Below are positions 36,656 to 47,053 of a DNA stretch of 64,000 nucleotides, one piece after another. The notes below the pieces were generated by a model. It made no database searches and was not told where the DNA came from. It saw only the letters and a program-made list of their open reading frames with translations. The stretch comes from an uncultured virus (IMG/VR IMGVR_UViG_3300005364_000001) (taxonomy: Duplodnaviria; Heunggongvirae; Uroviricota; Caudoviricetes), in IMG/VR virus record IMGVR_UViG_3300005364_000001, one strand, 5' to 3'. The position numbers and the translations under genes are program-made. Within the stretch, counting starts at the first letter, position 1; each line of letters starts with the position of its first letter.

Positions 36656-36764
36656 GGAGCACGGTGCTCACCTGGGCGCCGGGCTTGTTCCTCATGCGAG
36701 TCGGGCGACCGTGATCACCTCGCCAGTCGAAGGGGCATCCCCACATAAAGGTTTCGCGCGGGAT

Positions 36765-36795
36765 GCCGAGGGGGTGCCCCCTCGGCTGTTTTTTT
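36765..36795 (+). terminator. Intrinsic terminator after capsid gene
   Basis: GCCGAGGGG/CCCCTCGGC stem followed by T7. Confidence 0.8.
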
Positions 36796-36839
36796 GGCAC
36801 CCAGGGTAGCGTGCGGATCTAAGCAGTTAGGGGGGCCCA

Positions 36840-37817
36840 ATGGGCATCTTCTCGAGGAACAAGGGGGACGATGTGAGCAAGAAAAAGCGCACGAGCGGCG
36901 AGGACGAGACCTCGATCAACGCGGGCGTCGAGCACGCGGGCGACCCCGAGGAAGCGGACGACGCTGAGCCCGGATCGGGCGAGGACGAAACGTCGATCAA
37001 CTCGGGCGTCGACCACGCCCCGAGCGACACGCAGGCGCAGCTCGAGGGCGCCGTGCGCGCCGCGGTGCCGCAAGAGGAGGGCGAGTCGAGCGAGGACTAT
37101 CAGCGGCGGCTGGCGATCCTCGCAGGGCACCCCGACACGCCCACGTCGGGCGCGCTGCCGGGAAACCCCGAGCGCAGCTCGCACACGGGCAACACGCAGG
37201 CCGACGAGATCGTGCCCCCGGGCGCGGCCGGCGAGGGCCTCCCGAAGGACGACTTCTCGAGCGAGACGCGGCTCGCGCGGCAGCGCCAGTATGTAATCGA
37301 GCGCGGGCTTCTGCCCCAGGGCGAGGTCCTCAACCTCAGCGACGAGGAGCTTCAGGCGGTCTACGACAAGTCGATCGGCACGGTGGGCACGGCCGAGCCG
37401 AAGACGGAGGTCGCAGTCAGGCCCTCGCAACAAGCGCAGGCGATCCTGTTTTCCGGCTCGCGCGCGGACAAGGTCGCGCTCGTCACGGCCAAGTCAAACC
37501 TCACCGCGCTTCAGGCCGAGGGGCTCGCGCCCGAGGACCTCGATGCGCAGGTGCGCGCGGTCGTGGCCGCTGAGCTCACGCTCGAGCGCGCCAAGGAGGA
37601 CCGCGAGATCGAGAAGGTCAAGCCGATCACCGATGCGCCGTACGGCGGCGACCTGCCGAAGTACTACGCGGTCACCAAGGGGATCACGTTCGCGGCCGAA
37701 GGCTCAGTCGTGCAGATCCGCGACGGCATGGTGATCAACGACCGCTCCCACAACATCGACGATCTGCGCGCGCGTGGGGCGCAGCTGATCGAGACGGTCG
37801 CACCCACCCCGCAGTAA
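36840..37817 (+). CDS. Acidic hypothetical protein with 14-aa repeat
   Basis: GEDETSINxGVxHA twice (36897 and 36978). Confidence 0.7.
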   Translation: MGIFSRNKGDDVSKKKRTSGEDETSINAGVEHAGDPEEADDAEPGSGEDETSINSGVDHAPSDTQAQLEGAVRAAVPQEEGESSEDYQRRLAILAGHPDTPTSGALPGNPERSSHTGNTQADEIVPPGAAGEGLPKDDFSSETRLARQRQYVIERGLLPQGEVLNLSDEELQAVYDKSIGTVGTAEPKTEVAVRPSQQAQAILFSGSRADKVALVTAKSNLTALQAEGLAPEDLDAQVRAVVAAELTLERAKEDREIEKVKPITDAPYGGDLPKYYAVTKGITFAAEGSVVQIRDGMVINDRSHNIDDLRARGAQLIETVAPTPQ

Positions 37818-37848
37818 GGTCGAGGCGCTCAACACAAGGGAGGTCCGC

Positions 37849-38241
37849 GTGGCGCTCAGCGAGGACGAGAAGTCGAGGATCATGCACTACCTCGGCTACC
37901 CCAAGCAGTCGGCGCTCGAGCAGAGCTACGCGACCGGCTACGCGATCACGCACGCCTACTCGCAAAAGTACCTGTTCGACGCTTTCCAGCGCATCGACGC
38001 GCACGGCGAGGCGCGTGTGCGCGAGGACCTCCAGCAGCTAGCGTGCATCGACCAGCAGCTGATCGCACTGCGCGCGAACGCCGGCGTCAAGAGCGCGGGC
38101 GAGGTGCAGCTCGACGCCGAGGCGGGGCGGCGGCTGCTCAAGATGGACAGGGTCGACTACGTGCGGCGGCTCTGCGACGACCTCGGCGTCGAGCTCAACA
38201 CCCGCAGCCAGCAGTACAGCTCGCGCGTGAGGCAGACGTGA
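37849..38241 (+). CDS. Putative head-tail adaptor
   Basis: LS..EK.RI..YLGY N-terminus; synteny; GGAGG RBS. Confidence 0.6.
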   Translation: MALSEDEKSRIMHYLGYPKQSALEQSYATGYAITHAYSQKYLFDAFQRIDAHGEARVREDLQQLACIDQQLIALRANAGVKSAGEVQLDAEAGRRLLKMDRVDYVRRLCDDLGVELNTRSQQYSSRVRQT

Positions 38242-38534
38242 GTGTGTGCGTGGAGCGGCGCGACCGCGCGCTCGAGCTCACGACCGAGCTCGCGAACGTG
38301 CGCGCGCACTGCATCACCGCCATGCTCAGCGCCGACCTTGAGCACTACCTCGATCGCGTACCGCCGCGCCGCGTGCTGGCGCTGCTCGACGAGCTCGAGG
38401 AGGAGCGCGAGGCCGAGCTCAGCCACCTGGGCAAGCAGGTCGCGGTGGTGATCGAGGCGAGCGGGGATCCCGATCGGATCCTCCAGGCCCTGCGCACCGC
38501 CCTCGACCAGCACGACCAAGGCGGCGTCCGATGA
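38238..38534 (+). CDS. Hypothetical protein
   Basis: Coupled at both ends. Confidence 0.6.
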   Translation: MSVCVERRDRALELTTELANVRAHCITAMLSADLEHYLDRVPPRRVLALLDELEEEREAELSHLGKQVAVVIEASGDPDRILQALRTALDQHDQGGVR

Positions 38535-39142
38535 GCTGCGACGCATGCCGCGGACCGGGTGCGAGCTCGAGCTCGAGCAGCGCGTGCCCGAGGTGCGGCG
38601 GGAACCCGCGGATCACCCCGCCGGAGCCGCCCCCGTTCGACCCGGGGCCGTGCTCGCTGGCCGAGCGGCTGGCGGCGACCGTCAACCGGGTGCGCGGCCA
38701 GATGACCGAGCTCGGGCTGCGCCCCTACCGCGTGTTTTCGATCGAGCGCCACTGGACCGGCGGGCAAGTGGGCCGCGGCGATGTGTCGGAGGTGCTAGCG
38801 CGCGAGTTTCTGCCGCGCCCGAAGGTCGAGTTCCGCACCCGCCGCGAGCCCGGCCCTGCCGGCTGGGTCGAGCGGGGCGTCGTGGTGGTGAGCGAGATCA
38901 ACCCGCAGCTCACCGAGGACGAGGTGCTCGACCTGGTGCACGTCGTGCGCATGGGTGAGGCCAAGCCCGGCGACGAGCGCTTCCTCGAGATCACCATGGA
39001 CGCGCGCGACGGGGCGAGCGAGCGGCGGCGCTTCGTGATGGTCGAGCCGCCGGTGCGGCAGGGCTTTGGCTGGCGCGTCGTGCTGCGCCAGCAGGACAGC
39101 GGCCGCTCCCGCGCGGGCGCCAGCCCCTACCCGGGGCGCTGA
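38531..39142 (+). CDS. Putative head closure/neck protein
   Basis: Synteny; beta-rich. Confidence 0.55.
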   Translation: MSCDACRGPGASSSSSSACPRCGGNPRITPPEPPPFDPGPCSLAERLAATVNRVRGQMTELGLRPYRVFSIERHWTGGQVGRGDVSEVLAREFLPRPKVEFRTRREPGPAGWVERGVVVVSEINPQLTEDEVLDLVHVVRMGEAKPGDERFLEITMDARDGASERRRFVMVEPPVRQGFGWRVVLRQQDSGRSRAGASPYPGR

Positions 39143-39143
39143 G

Positions 39144-39626
39144 GTGGGCAAGAAGGTCAAGCTCAAGACGTTCGCGGCGATCATCGAGGCGCTTCCCGAC
39201 AAGCTCACCGAGGCGACGATCAACGGGGCGCGCATGGCGGCCGCGCGCCTGGTGGTGCTGGTCGAGCACGAGATCCGCAATGCCTCCCCGTTTCCGCTGG
39301 TCGACCGCGGGCGCCTCGTGCAGCAGACGCAGCTGACCCTCACACCGAACGGCGCGATCGTGCGCAACGACGCGCCGCACGCCGCGCCGCTCGAGTACGG
39401 GGCGCGGCCCTTCACGCCGCCGCGGCAGGTCCTGCTCGAGTGGGCCAAGCGCAAGGGCTTCGAGAACCCCGAGGCCGCCAGCTGGGCGATCTGGCAGAAG
39501 TTCCGCAAGGAGGGCATGCCGCCGCGGAGGTTCTTCGCCAAGGCGCTCGCCAAGTGGCGCGCGGGCGATGAGCTGCCCAAGGCCGTCAAGAAGGCCCTCA
39601 AGCAGCTCCCTAGCGGCACCCCCTGA
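39144..39626 (+). CDS. HK97 gp10-like neck/tail completion protein
   Basis: VD.G.L, APHA..LEYG.RP, G.PPR.FF motifs. Confidence 0.75.
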   Translation: MGKKVKLKTFAAIIEALPDKLTEATINGARMAAARLVVLVEHEIRNASPFPLVDRGRLVQQTQLTLTPNGAIVRNDAPHAAPLEYGARPFTPPRQVLLEWAKRKGFENPEAASWAIWQKFRKEGMPPRRFFAKALAKWRAGDELPKAVKKALKQLPSGTP

Positions 39627-39644
39627 GCTGGTACCCTCGGGCGT

Positions 39645-40292
39645 ATGGCCGCCGGCGACCTGCTCTACAACACCGCTCAGCCTGCGCACCCCGCGCGCGT
39701 GCTCCTCCCGCCCGACGATGCCGCCGCCGAGGCCCTGTGTCGCTACCTCGGGCGCCAGGTCTTCTACGTGCACGAGGGCAGCCCCGCCGTCGACGAGCTC
39801 AGCCGCATGCGCTCGTTCTGCCTCGAGAGCGTGTCGACGAGCTGGCCTGCGGCCGATCAGCCGATGCGCTACCCGAGCGCGACGATCCTCGGCGGCGACG
39901 ACGTGCAGCACACGGGTGATAGCCCCGCGCCGATCGAGGATACCTTCGACCCGTTCGACGAGACCGTGGCGTGGTACCTCGGCGAGGCGTCCGGCACCTT
40001 ACAGGTGGACTTCTGGTGCGACTCAGAAGCGACGCGGCAGGCGATCAGCGCGCAGCTCGCGGCGCTGTTTTCCCCGGGCGAGGGCAGGGGGGGCATCCTG
40101 CTCGAGCTCGGCCCGCGTTACCTCGGGCTAGGAGGGCGCTTTTCGCTGCTGACCCACGGCCGCCAGGACACGCCGGACGCGGTGTGGGCGGGCGAGCGGC
40201 GGCTTCGGGCAACGGTGCGCTGGGAGGTGGCCGACGTGGTCGTGCGCCGCGCCAAGCCGCTGACGGTGCAGGCCAGGGTCGAAACCATCTAG
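39645..40292 (+). CDS. Putative tail terminator protein
   Basis: Immediately upstream of the sheath gene; YPS, LQVD.W motif. Confidence 0.55.
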   Translation: MAAGDLLYNTAQPAHPARVLLPPDDAAAEALCRYLGRQVFYVHEGSPAVDELSRMRSFCLESVSTSWPAADQPMRYPSATILGGDDVQHTGDSPAPIEDTFDPFDETVAWYLGEASGTLQVDFWCDSEATRQAISAQLAALFSPGEGRGGILLELGPRYLGLGGRFSLLTHGRQDTPDAVWAGERRLRATVRWEVADVVVRRAKPLTVQARVETI

Positions 40293-40353
40293 CCTCGGGG
40301 CCCTGTGGTACCCTCGCGTCACCGCGCGAAGCCAGGATCTCGAGGGGGATCGG

Positions 40354-42540
40354 ATGGCCGGGTTCATTTTTCGTTCGCGCCGGGTTTTCACGCGCGAGGA
40401 GCTGGTCGGGCTCGAGGGCGTCTACGCGGAGGACCTGGACCCGCCGGCCCCCGTGACCGGCGTCGGCTCGGGGACGATCCTGCTGATCGGCGAGTTCGAC
40501 GACGGCCCGCTCAACGTGCTGACCGAGATCGATGGCGGCGACCTGACGCGGCAGTTCGGGGGCCTCGGCTATCCCTACGCCGGCGTCCCGCACAACAACG
40601 CCTGCGCGCGCAAGCGCTCGGGCGAGCTGTGGAACGGCAACGGCTTCTTGTACGCGCGGTTCATCCGCGCGCAGCGCTTCATGGTGGTGCGGGTGGACAC
40701 GTCCGTCGGCGAGGTGGCGCTCACGCCGCGCGCGATCCTCAAGGGCGGCAAGGGCCCCTTTGCGCCCAAGGCGGGCGACGTGCTGAGCCTGACGACCTCG
40801 ACCGGCGGCCCCACGGCGACGCCGGCGATCGCGGCCGCGGAGGCGATCGCGACCGGCTCGGGCGCCATCGCGGCGACGGGCTTTCTCGGCGGCGAGCGGA
40901 TCAGCCTCCAGCTCGATGACAGCGCCGCGCCCCTGGTCGTGACCTTCGCCGCCGGCGATCAGGACGCCGCGGCGGTCGTGACGCGGATCAACGCCGCCGC
41001 GGGCGCCGCGGTCGCCTCGCAGGCGGGCGGCATCCTGAGCCTCAAGGGCCTGCGCAAGGGCTCGGGCGGGCGCCTGACGACGGCCGACGTCACCCCGGGC
41101 GCGCTGGCGGCGCTCAAGCTCACCGAGGGCACCGAGGAGGGCACTGGCAACGTGGGCAACCTGGCGAGCGTGAGCGCCGCCGAGCTCGCGGCGCTGATCA
41201 ACAACGCGACCGCGCTCAACACGATCGGCGCCAAGGCGCTGGTCGCCGACGACGGCACGCTCAGCGTGTACGACGCCGCCAGCAGCGCCGGCTCGATCAC
41301 GGTCGAGGAGGGCGCCCTCGCGACGCTGCTCAAGCTCGCGGCCGACGTGGAGGTCCTGGCGGGCGAGCACGCCGCCGGGGTGATTCCCGCCGGCACGCGC
41401 GTGCGCACCGCCGGCGGCGCCGAGTGGGTCACCATGGAGTCGACCAAGGTCGCGGCCGGCACCAACGATGCGCCCAACATCGGCCCGCATCTGCTCAAGG
41501 TGCGGCCGGCGTTCGACGACGGCACGGCGAAGGGCGCCGCGGCGACCGCGGTCAACGTGCTGGTCGACCAGCCCGCGTTCGCGAGCTTCGGCGTGAGTAA
41601 CCCTCAAGCGCTCACCGACGCGCTGACCGAGGGGCAGCTCGACGCGGCCTACATCGCCGCGGTCGAGAAGAGCTGCGAGGCGAGCCCCGAGGCCGTAGAC
41701 GTCAACTACGCCTACTGCGCGCGGCGCTCGATCGCGATCGATACCTACGCGGCCGACCGCTTCGAGCAGGTCTCGAACGAAGGCTTCGCGGGTCGCAAGT
41801 GGATCCGGTCGGGCGCCATCGGCATCACCAAGGCGCAGGCCAAGGCCGACCGTGCGCTCATCGCCAGCGATCGCGTCTGGTATGCCTGGCCGGGCTGGCA
41901 GCTGGTCGTGCCCGAGATCCTGCGCCGCGGGGCCGCGGGGGGCCTTGGCTTCAGCGAGGACGGCGTGATCACGCTGCGCAGCGCGGGGCCGCTGGCGAAG
42001 ATCAGTGCGCTGCTGCCGCCCGAGGAAAACCCGGGGCAGCAGACGGGGCTGATCGAGAATTTCTTCGCGGTCGAGAAGCTCGAGGCGCCGCTCACCGCGG
42101 GCGACTACCGCGACCTTCGCGCGAATGGGATCTGCGCGCCGCGCCGCGACCCGACGGCGGGCTCGATCTATCAGTCGGGCGTGACGACCGACCTCAACAA
42201 GGCGCGCAGCACGCAGGCGCGCCGCAAGGTCGCGGACTTCGTGCAGGACACCTTGGCGAGGTTGCTCGTCAAGTACAGCAAGAAGATCGCGACCGAGGCG
42301 CGCCGCGATTCGGTGGTCGGCGAGACGGACAGCTTCCTCGGGGGGCTGCTGAGCGCCGAGGACCCCGCGCGCCAGCGCATTCACTCGTACATCATTGACG
42401 AGAGCGGCAACACGCCCGAGCTCGAGGCGGACGGGATCTTCGTGCTGATCGTCAAGGTGCGCTCGCTGAGCTCGCTCGACGCGATCGAGATCCGCACGGA
42501 GATCGGCCCGGGCGTCGTCACCGTTTCCGAGGCTGCATAA
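40354..42540 (+). CDS. Tail sheath protein
   Basis: 728 aa; GVY..D, IGEF..GP.N N-terminus; RR..DF, D...NT C-terminus. Confidence 0.85.
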   Translation: MAGFIFRSRRVFTREELVGLEGVYAEDLDPPAPVTGVGSGTILLIGEFDDGPLNVLTEIDGGDLTRQFGGLGYPYAGVPHNNACARKRSGELWNGNGFLYARFIRAQRFMVVRVDTSVGEVALTPRAILKGGKGPFAPKAGDVLSLTTSTGGPTATPAIAAAEAIATGSGAIAATGFLGGERISLQLDDSAAPLVVTFAAGDQDAAAVVTRINAAAGAAVASQAGGILSLKGLRKGSGGRLTTADVTPGALAALKLTEGTEEGTGNVGNLASVSAAELAALINNATALNTIGAKALVADDGTLSVYDAASSAGSITVEEGALATLLKLAADVEVLAGEHAAGVIPAGTRVRTAGGAEWVTMESTKVAAGTNDAPNIGPHLLKVRPAFDDGTAKGAAATAVNVLVDQPAFASFGVSNPQALTDALTEGQLDAAYIAAVEKSCEASPEAVDVNYAYCARRSIAIDTYAADRFEQVSNEGFAGRKWIRSGAIGITKAQAKADRALIASDRVWYAWPGWQLVVPEILRRGAAGGLGFSEDGVITLRSAGPLAKISALLPPEENPGQQTGLIENFFAVEKLEAPLTAGDYRDLRANGICAPRRDPTAGSIYQSGVTTDLNKARSTQARRKVADFVQDTLARLLVKYSKKIATEARRDSVVGETDSFLGGLLSAEDPARQRIHSYIIDESGNTPELEADGIFVLIVKVRSLSSLDAIEIRTEIGPGVVTVSEAA

Positions 42541-42573
42541 CGGAAGGCCTCCAGGGCCGAGGGGGTCAACGTC

Positions 42574-43011
42574 ATGAGCAACGAACTACCGATCAAGGGT
42601 CAGGAGACCCGCTTTACGCTGACCTCGCCCAAGGGGCAGGAAACCAGCGTCACCAAGATCAAGGACAGCACCTTCACGTTCGACATGGAGATCATCACCG
42701 AGCAGTACCTCGGCGAGACGGCCGACCAGTTCGACGACATCTTTCGGGGCGTCACGGTCGAGCTGACCTTCGACCTGACGGATCCAAAGACCTACGACCT
42801 GGTGCAGCAGATCGTCGACCGCGCTGCGCGGCGCACCCCCGCGGCGGGCAAGTTCAGCGTGATCAGCGTGCTCAACTTCCCGAGCGGCGAGCGCCGCCGG
42901 ATCCTGTTCCCTGATCTCAAGTTCGGCGAGATCCCCACCGGCTTTGGCGGCCGCGACGAGTACGGCGAGGTCAAACTCACGGCCAAGTGCTCGACGTTCC
43001 GCAAGCTCTGA
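42574..43011 (+). CDS. Tail tube protein
   Basis: 145 aa, beta-rich, directly after sheath. Confidence 0.75.
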   Translation: MSNELPIKGQETRFTLTSPKGQETSVTKIKDSTFTFDMEIITEQYLGETADQFDDIFRGVTVELTFDLTDPKTYDLVQQIVDRAARRTPAAGKFSVISVLNFPSGERRRILFPDLKFGEIPTGFGGRDEYGEVKLTAKCSTFRKL

Positions 43012-43079
43012 GGCCCGCGCCTCACCAGGCTTTCATCCCGCGCAACCGATAACCCGATCACTCATGAGGACCTGACCCA

Positions 43080-43562
43080 ATGACCCAAGAGACCGCGATC
43101 GAACCCGTCGACGCGCCGCGCCCCGTCGCCAACGGCAAGCGCAAGGGCGGCGGCGCGCTGACTCGACTCAAGGCCCGCGGCATGACCGACCACGCCGGCA
43201 ACGGCGGCACGCTGCGCAGGCGCAAGATGAAGTTCACGATGGACAAGAACGTGTGCGAGCCGGGCGCGTTCGACGAGGACGTGGTGCTGGTGGTCGAGTC
43301 GGCGAGCGTCGACGTCGAGCTCCAGGCGCTCAAGGCGTGCGGCGATAACCCCGCCGGGATCGTGTTCGAGATGTGCAAGCGGTGCCTGGTCGCGTGCGAC
43401 GGCGAGCCGGTGCTCGATGGCGACGGCTCGCGCGATCTGCTGTGGGAGGCCCTGGGCATGGGCGGGCGGGGCCTCCTGGTGCGCAAGTGGAACGAGCTCG
43501 CTGGCGTGAGCGATGGGGGGGCCCAAAAAAAAGCGGATGCGTCGACCGAGCTGGTGATCTGA
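43080..43562 (+). CDS. Tail assembly chaperone (gpG-like)
   Basis: Between tube and tape measure; slippery A-run near 3' end. Confidence 0.7.
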   Translation: MTQETAIEPVDAPRPVANGKRKGGGALTRLKARGMTDHAGNGGTLRRRKMKFTMDKNVCEPGAFDEDVVLVVESASVDVELQALKACGDNPAGIVFEMCKRCLVACDGEPVLDGDGSRDLLWEALGMGGRGLLVRKWNELAGVSDGGAQKKADASTELVI

Positions 43563-43795
43563 TCCCGAGTCATGTCGAGTACCTCGGGACGGCGCAGTAC
43601 CTTGCGCGCGACCCGCACCTGCTCAAGCGATGGCGAGGCAAGGCCTTCGAGAAGCTGGCGTTCGTGGCCCGGTACGCCCACGTCTCGCCCAGTGAATCGG
43701 CCGCCTGGGAGCTCGCCGACCTGAACGACTTTTCCAAGGCGCTCAACGAGATCCTTCGCGAGGAAAACAAGCCGCCGCCACGGGGCCGGCGATAA
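43526..43795 (+). CDS. -1 frameshift extension of tail chaperone (gpGT-like)
   Basis: A AAA AAA at 43526-43532; -1 frame open and coding-like to 43795. Confidence 0.65.
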   Translation, partial: KKSGCVDRAGDLIPSHVEYLGTAQYLARDPHLLKRWRGKAFEKLAFVARYAHVSPSESAAWELADLNDFSKALNEILREENKPPPRGRR

Positions 43796-43808
43796 GGGGG
43801 CCCTGGGC

Positions 43809-45974
43809 GTGTCGGACGAGTACGACGTAGAAGCGAAGATCACCGTCGACGATAAGCCGGCCCGCGCGGCGATCGGGCGCATCGCCGGCGACCTGACCGA
43901 GCTGTACCAGCACGCCGCCAAGACCGGGCAGGAGATCCGCAAGGCGCTCGGCATGGCGCGCCCCGAGGCCAAGGCCTTCGCCGCGACGGTCGGCATCGCC
44001 TCGGCGCGCATGAACGCGCTCGCGGCCAACACGACCAAGGCCACGGCCGCGACCAAGCCGCTCAGCGGCGCGCTCGAGCACGCCGCGCAGAGCTCGGCGC
44101 GCCTGGCGTCGCAGGGCGCGCGCACCGGCAACGTCATGACGGGGGCCTTCCAGCGCGCCGGGAGCGCCGGCTCAGGCCTCGGCGGGATCATGCGATCGGT
44201 GCTCGGGTTCGGCGCCGCCTACGTCGGGATCAACGCGCTGACGGGGGCCTTCCGCGGGCTCGTCGGCGCGGCCTTCGCTTTCCAGTCGATCAACGACAAG
44301 AACGCCGTGTCGATCCAGGCGGTGCTCGCGGCCAGTCACCAGTTCGGCTCGATCGCGGATCCGGTCGAGCGCATGGCGGCCGCGGGGCGTGTGGGCGCTG
44401 CCGTGTTCCGTGAGCTCCAGGACGACGCGCTGCGCAGCGTGGCGACGTCGCAGGAGCTCGCGTCGATCTACACGCAGGTCAGCGGCCCCCTGATCGGCGC
44501 GGGCGCGCGCCTGAGCGAGGTCCGTCAGATCACGAACGACACGGTGGCCGCTGCGAGCGTGCTCGGCGTCGACTTCGCGCAGGCCGCGCGCGACGTCAAC
44601 CTCATGGCCACCGGCGTCGCAGGCCAGGACACGGCGCTCTTTCGCATGCTCAAGGCCACCAACGCGATCACGCAATCGACTGAGCAGTGGAACGCGATGT
44701 TGCCGCAAAAGCGCGTCGAGGCGATGAAGGAGGCCCTCAGCAAGTTCGGCCCCGCGGGTAAGGAGTTCGAGAAATCGCTGCCTGGGATCACCTCGAGCTT
44801 CGTCGACTTCGTGCAGCGCTTCCGCGGCGCAGTCATGGCAGGTCCACTCGAATCGGTGCGCAAGCTGCTTGTGCGCATGGTGGGCGTCTTTCAGCAGCAC
44901 CAGACGCGGATCCTGGCGCTGCTGAGCGTGGTTGGCAGCAAGCTGGCAAGCTGGATGGACCCCGCGGTCGATCGCATCGTGTCGGCCACCGAGTGGTTCG
45001 TCATGCACTGGGATGTCGTCGCCTCGCGCATGGAGGTCGCGTGGAAGCGCCTCCAGGCGCTCGGCAGCATGGCGGCCCACTACGCGCCGAGCCTCGCCGC
45101 GGGTGCCAAGACGGGCGGCGCGGCGATGCTGCTCGGCAAGATCGCGCCGGGCGCCGTCGGCGGCGCGGCGAGCGCTGTTAGCGCAGGCTGGGGCGGCGGC
45201 GCCGTGGCAGGCGCGGGTGCCCTCAGCACAGGGATCAGTCAGATCACGACGCTCATCTCCGTGGTCGCGGCGATGGGCGGCACCTTCACGATCCTGCTGC
45301 CGATCCTCGCGGTGGTGATCGGGCTGGTCGCGCTGTTCGCGGACACGTGGTCGCACTTCGTGCCGATCCTCGGGATCGTGTGGTCGATGGCGCAGCTCTT
45401 TTTCGGCGGCCTGTGGGAGATCGTGTCGAGCTTGTTCGGGGCGCTCATGCCGCTGCTCAAGATCGTCGGCGTGATCGTGGGCTCCGTGATCGCGCTCGGG
45501 GCCGTACTCGCGTTCGTGTTCCTGCGCGTGTTTTTGGCCGTCTTCGGCGTCGTGGTCGCCATCCTGACGGGCATCTTCAACTTCCTGCGCGACGTCTTCA
45601 CGTGGATCTATGAGCACATCGTCGGGCTTTTCACGGGGCTGCTCGACCTGATCGGCTCGGCGCACAAGGACCTCCTGCCGCAAGGGCGCGCGCCCACGGG
45701 CTTCGTCGACGACATGCGCAAGCAGCTCGCGAGCGTCATGGACCGCTTCAGCGGGCAGGCGGCCGAGGACAAGACGATCCTCGGGCAGGCCGACGCCGGC
45801 GCCCCTGGCACGCGCAAGACCACGATCAACGACTTCCGCGGGTCGAAGATCGAGGTCAAGCAGGACTTCCGCGACGCCAACCCCGATCGCGTGTGGCTCC
45901 AGATGCTCGACGGCGTCAACGCTGCGGCCGATCAGCGGCTCGGCTCGGCGCTCGTGCCTGAGTTCACGAGGTAA
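43809..45974 (+). CDS. Tape measure protein
   Basis: 721 aa, Ala/Gly-rich helical, hydrophobic C-terminal repeats; synteny. Confidence 0.85.
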   Translation: MSDEYDVEAKITVDDKPARAAIGRIAGDLTELYQHAAKTGQEIRKALGMARPEAKAFAATVGIASARMNALAANTTKATAATKPLSGALEHAAQSSARLASQGARTGNVMTGAFQRAGSAGSGLGGIMRSVLGFGAAYVGINALTGAFRGLVGAAFAFQSINDKNAVSIQAVLAASHQFGSIADPVERMAAAGRVGAAVFRELQDDALRSVATSQELASIYTQVSGPLIGAGARLSEVRQITNDTVAAASVLGVDFAQAARDVNLMATGVAGQDTALFRMLKATNAITQSTEQWNAMLPQKRVEAMKEALSKFGPAGKEFEKSLPGITSSFVDFVQRFRGAVMAGPLESVRKLLVRMVGVFQQHQTRILALLSVVGSKLASWMDPAVDRIVSATEWFVMHWDVVASRMEVAWKRLQALGSMAAHYAPSLAAGAKTGGAAMLLGKIAPGAVGGAASAVSAGWGGGAVAGAGALSTGISQITTLISVVAAMGGTFTILLPILAVVIGLVALFADTWSHFVPILGIVWSMAQLFFGGLWEIVSSLFGALMPLLKIVGVIVGSVIALGAVLAFVFLRVFLAVFGVVVAILTGIFNFLRDVFTWIYEHIVGLFTGLLDLIGSAHKDLLPQGRAPTGFVDDMRKQLASVMDRFSGQAAEDKTILGQADAGAPGTRKTTINDFRGSKIEVKQDFRDANPDRVWLQMLDGVNAAADQRLGSALVPEFTR

Positions 45975-45979
45975 GGGCG

Positions 45980-47053
45980 ATGGAGGGCGCGCCGATCACG
46001 ATCACCGAGCGCAGCGGCCGCCAGCGCTCGATCACGCTCAGCAGCCGCGCGAGCTCGTTCCGCGGGCAGGCCAGCTTCGCGATCGGCCAGCGCGCGAAGG
46101 TCACGTACTACAGCGGTAACCCCGTCGGCACCATGCAGCTGTTCGGCCCGACCTTCGACTTCCCCACGACGCTGACCGGCATCTGGCGCGATCGCTACCT
46201 CGGCGAGGACGGCGCGCAGCTGGTCACCGTGCAGGGCTTCCCGCCGCCCAAGACCGCCGAGGACCTCGAGGGGTGCTTCGCCGACCTGATCAAGTCGGGC
46301 TCCGATCTGGTCGTGCAATACAGCCACTGGCGGCGCTACGGGGTGCTCAAGACCTTTACCGCCAAGCCCGACCGCACCGAGGACGTGCATTGGGAAGCGG
46401 AGTTCATGTGGTACGCCGACGGCGTCACCAAGGCGCCGCGCTCGAGCTCGCCGGCGCAGTTCGACCCGGCCAAGGTCAAGGCGCGCATGAGCGAGCTCAG
46501 CGACCACGCCACCTTCGACCCGCTCGACACGCTGGTGGCCTTCCAGGCCAAGGTCTTTCAGGCGATCGCGGACACGGAGGGCCGGGTCAACGACCTGCTC
46601 GAGCAGGGGCGCACGCTGGCGGGCCTTCTGACCCTGCCCGCGCGGGTCGTGCAGGGCGTACGCGCCGCGGCGACCTCGATCGCGTTTTCAGCGGGGCAGC
46701 TGATCGAGGAGGTCGCCGGCGTCCCGTACACCTACGCGCAGGTCGTCGACGACGTCGGCAGCCTGCTCCAGGCCGAGGCCTGGCGGCGCGAGGCGGCGTT
46801 TTTGGCGGGGCAGCTACGTGCGGCCGCGCTCGACGCCGCCCGGGCGCTCGAGAAGCGCCAGGAGCCTGAGGGCGTGCGGGTCGTGACCGTCGACGGCACC
46901 GGGTCGCTGCGCGCCGTGGCGCTGCGCGAGTACGGCTCGGCCGACGCTTGGGGCCAGATCGCCGACGCCAACGGCTTCGACGGCCCCTTCGTCGAGCCCG
47001 GGACCGAGGTGTTCGTGCCCCCTGCGCGGCCCGCCAGCACGGGCTCGACCTAA
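45980..47053 (+). CDS. Baseplate/tube initiator protein with C-terminal LysM-like domain
   Basis: SL..VA.REYG....W..IA.AN......PG....VP. Confidence 0.75.
   Translation: MEGAPITITERSGRQRSITLSSRASSFRGQASFAIGQRAKVTYYSGNPVGTMQLFGPTFDFPTTLTGIWRDRYLGEDGAQLVTVQGFPPPKTAEDLEGCFADLIKSGSDLVVQYSHWRRYGVLKTFTAKPDRTEDVHWEAEFMWYADGVTKAPRSSSPAQFDPAKVKARMSELSDHATFDPLDTLVAFQAKVFQAIADTEGRVNDLLEQGRTLAGLLTLPARVVQGVRAAATSIAFSAGQLIEEVAGVPYTYAQVVDDVGSLLQAEAWRREAAFLAGQLRAAALDAARALEKRQEPEGVRVVTVDGTGSLRAVALREYGSADAWGQIADANGFDGPFVEPGTEVFVPPARPASTGST

Noticed and set aside
36897..37019. 42-bp direct repeat as att site or regulatory repeat
   Set aside because: In frame, with synonymous and conservative differences; behaves as a peptide repeat
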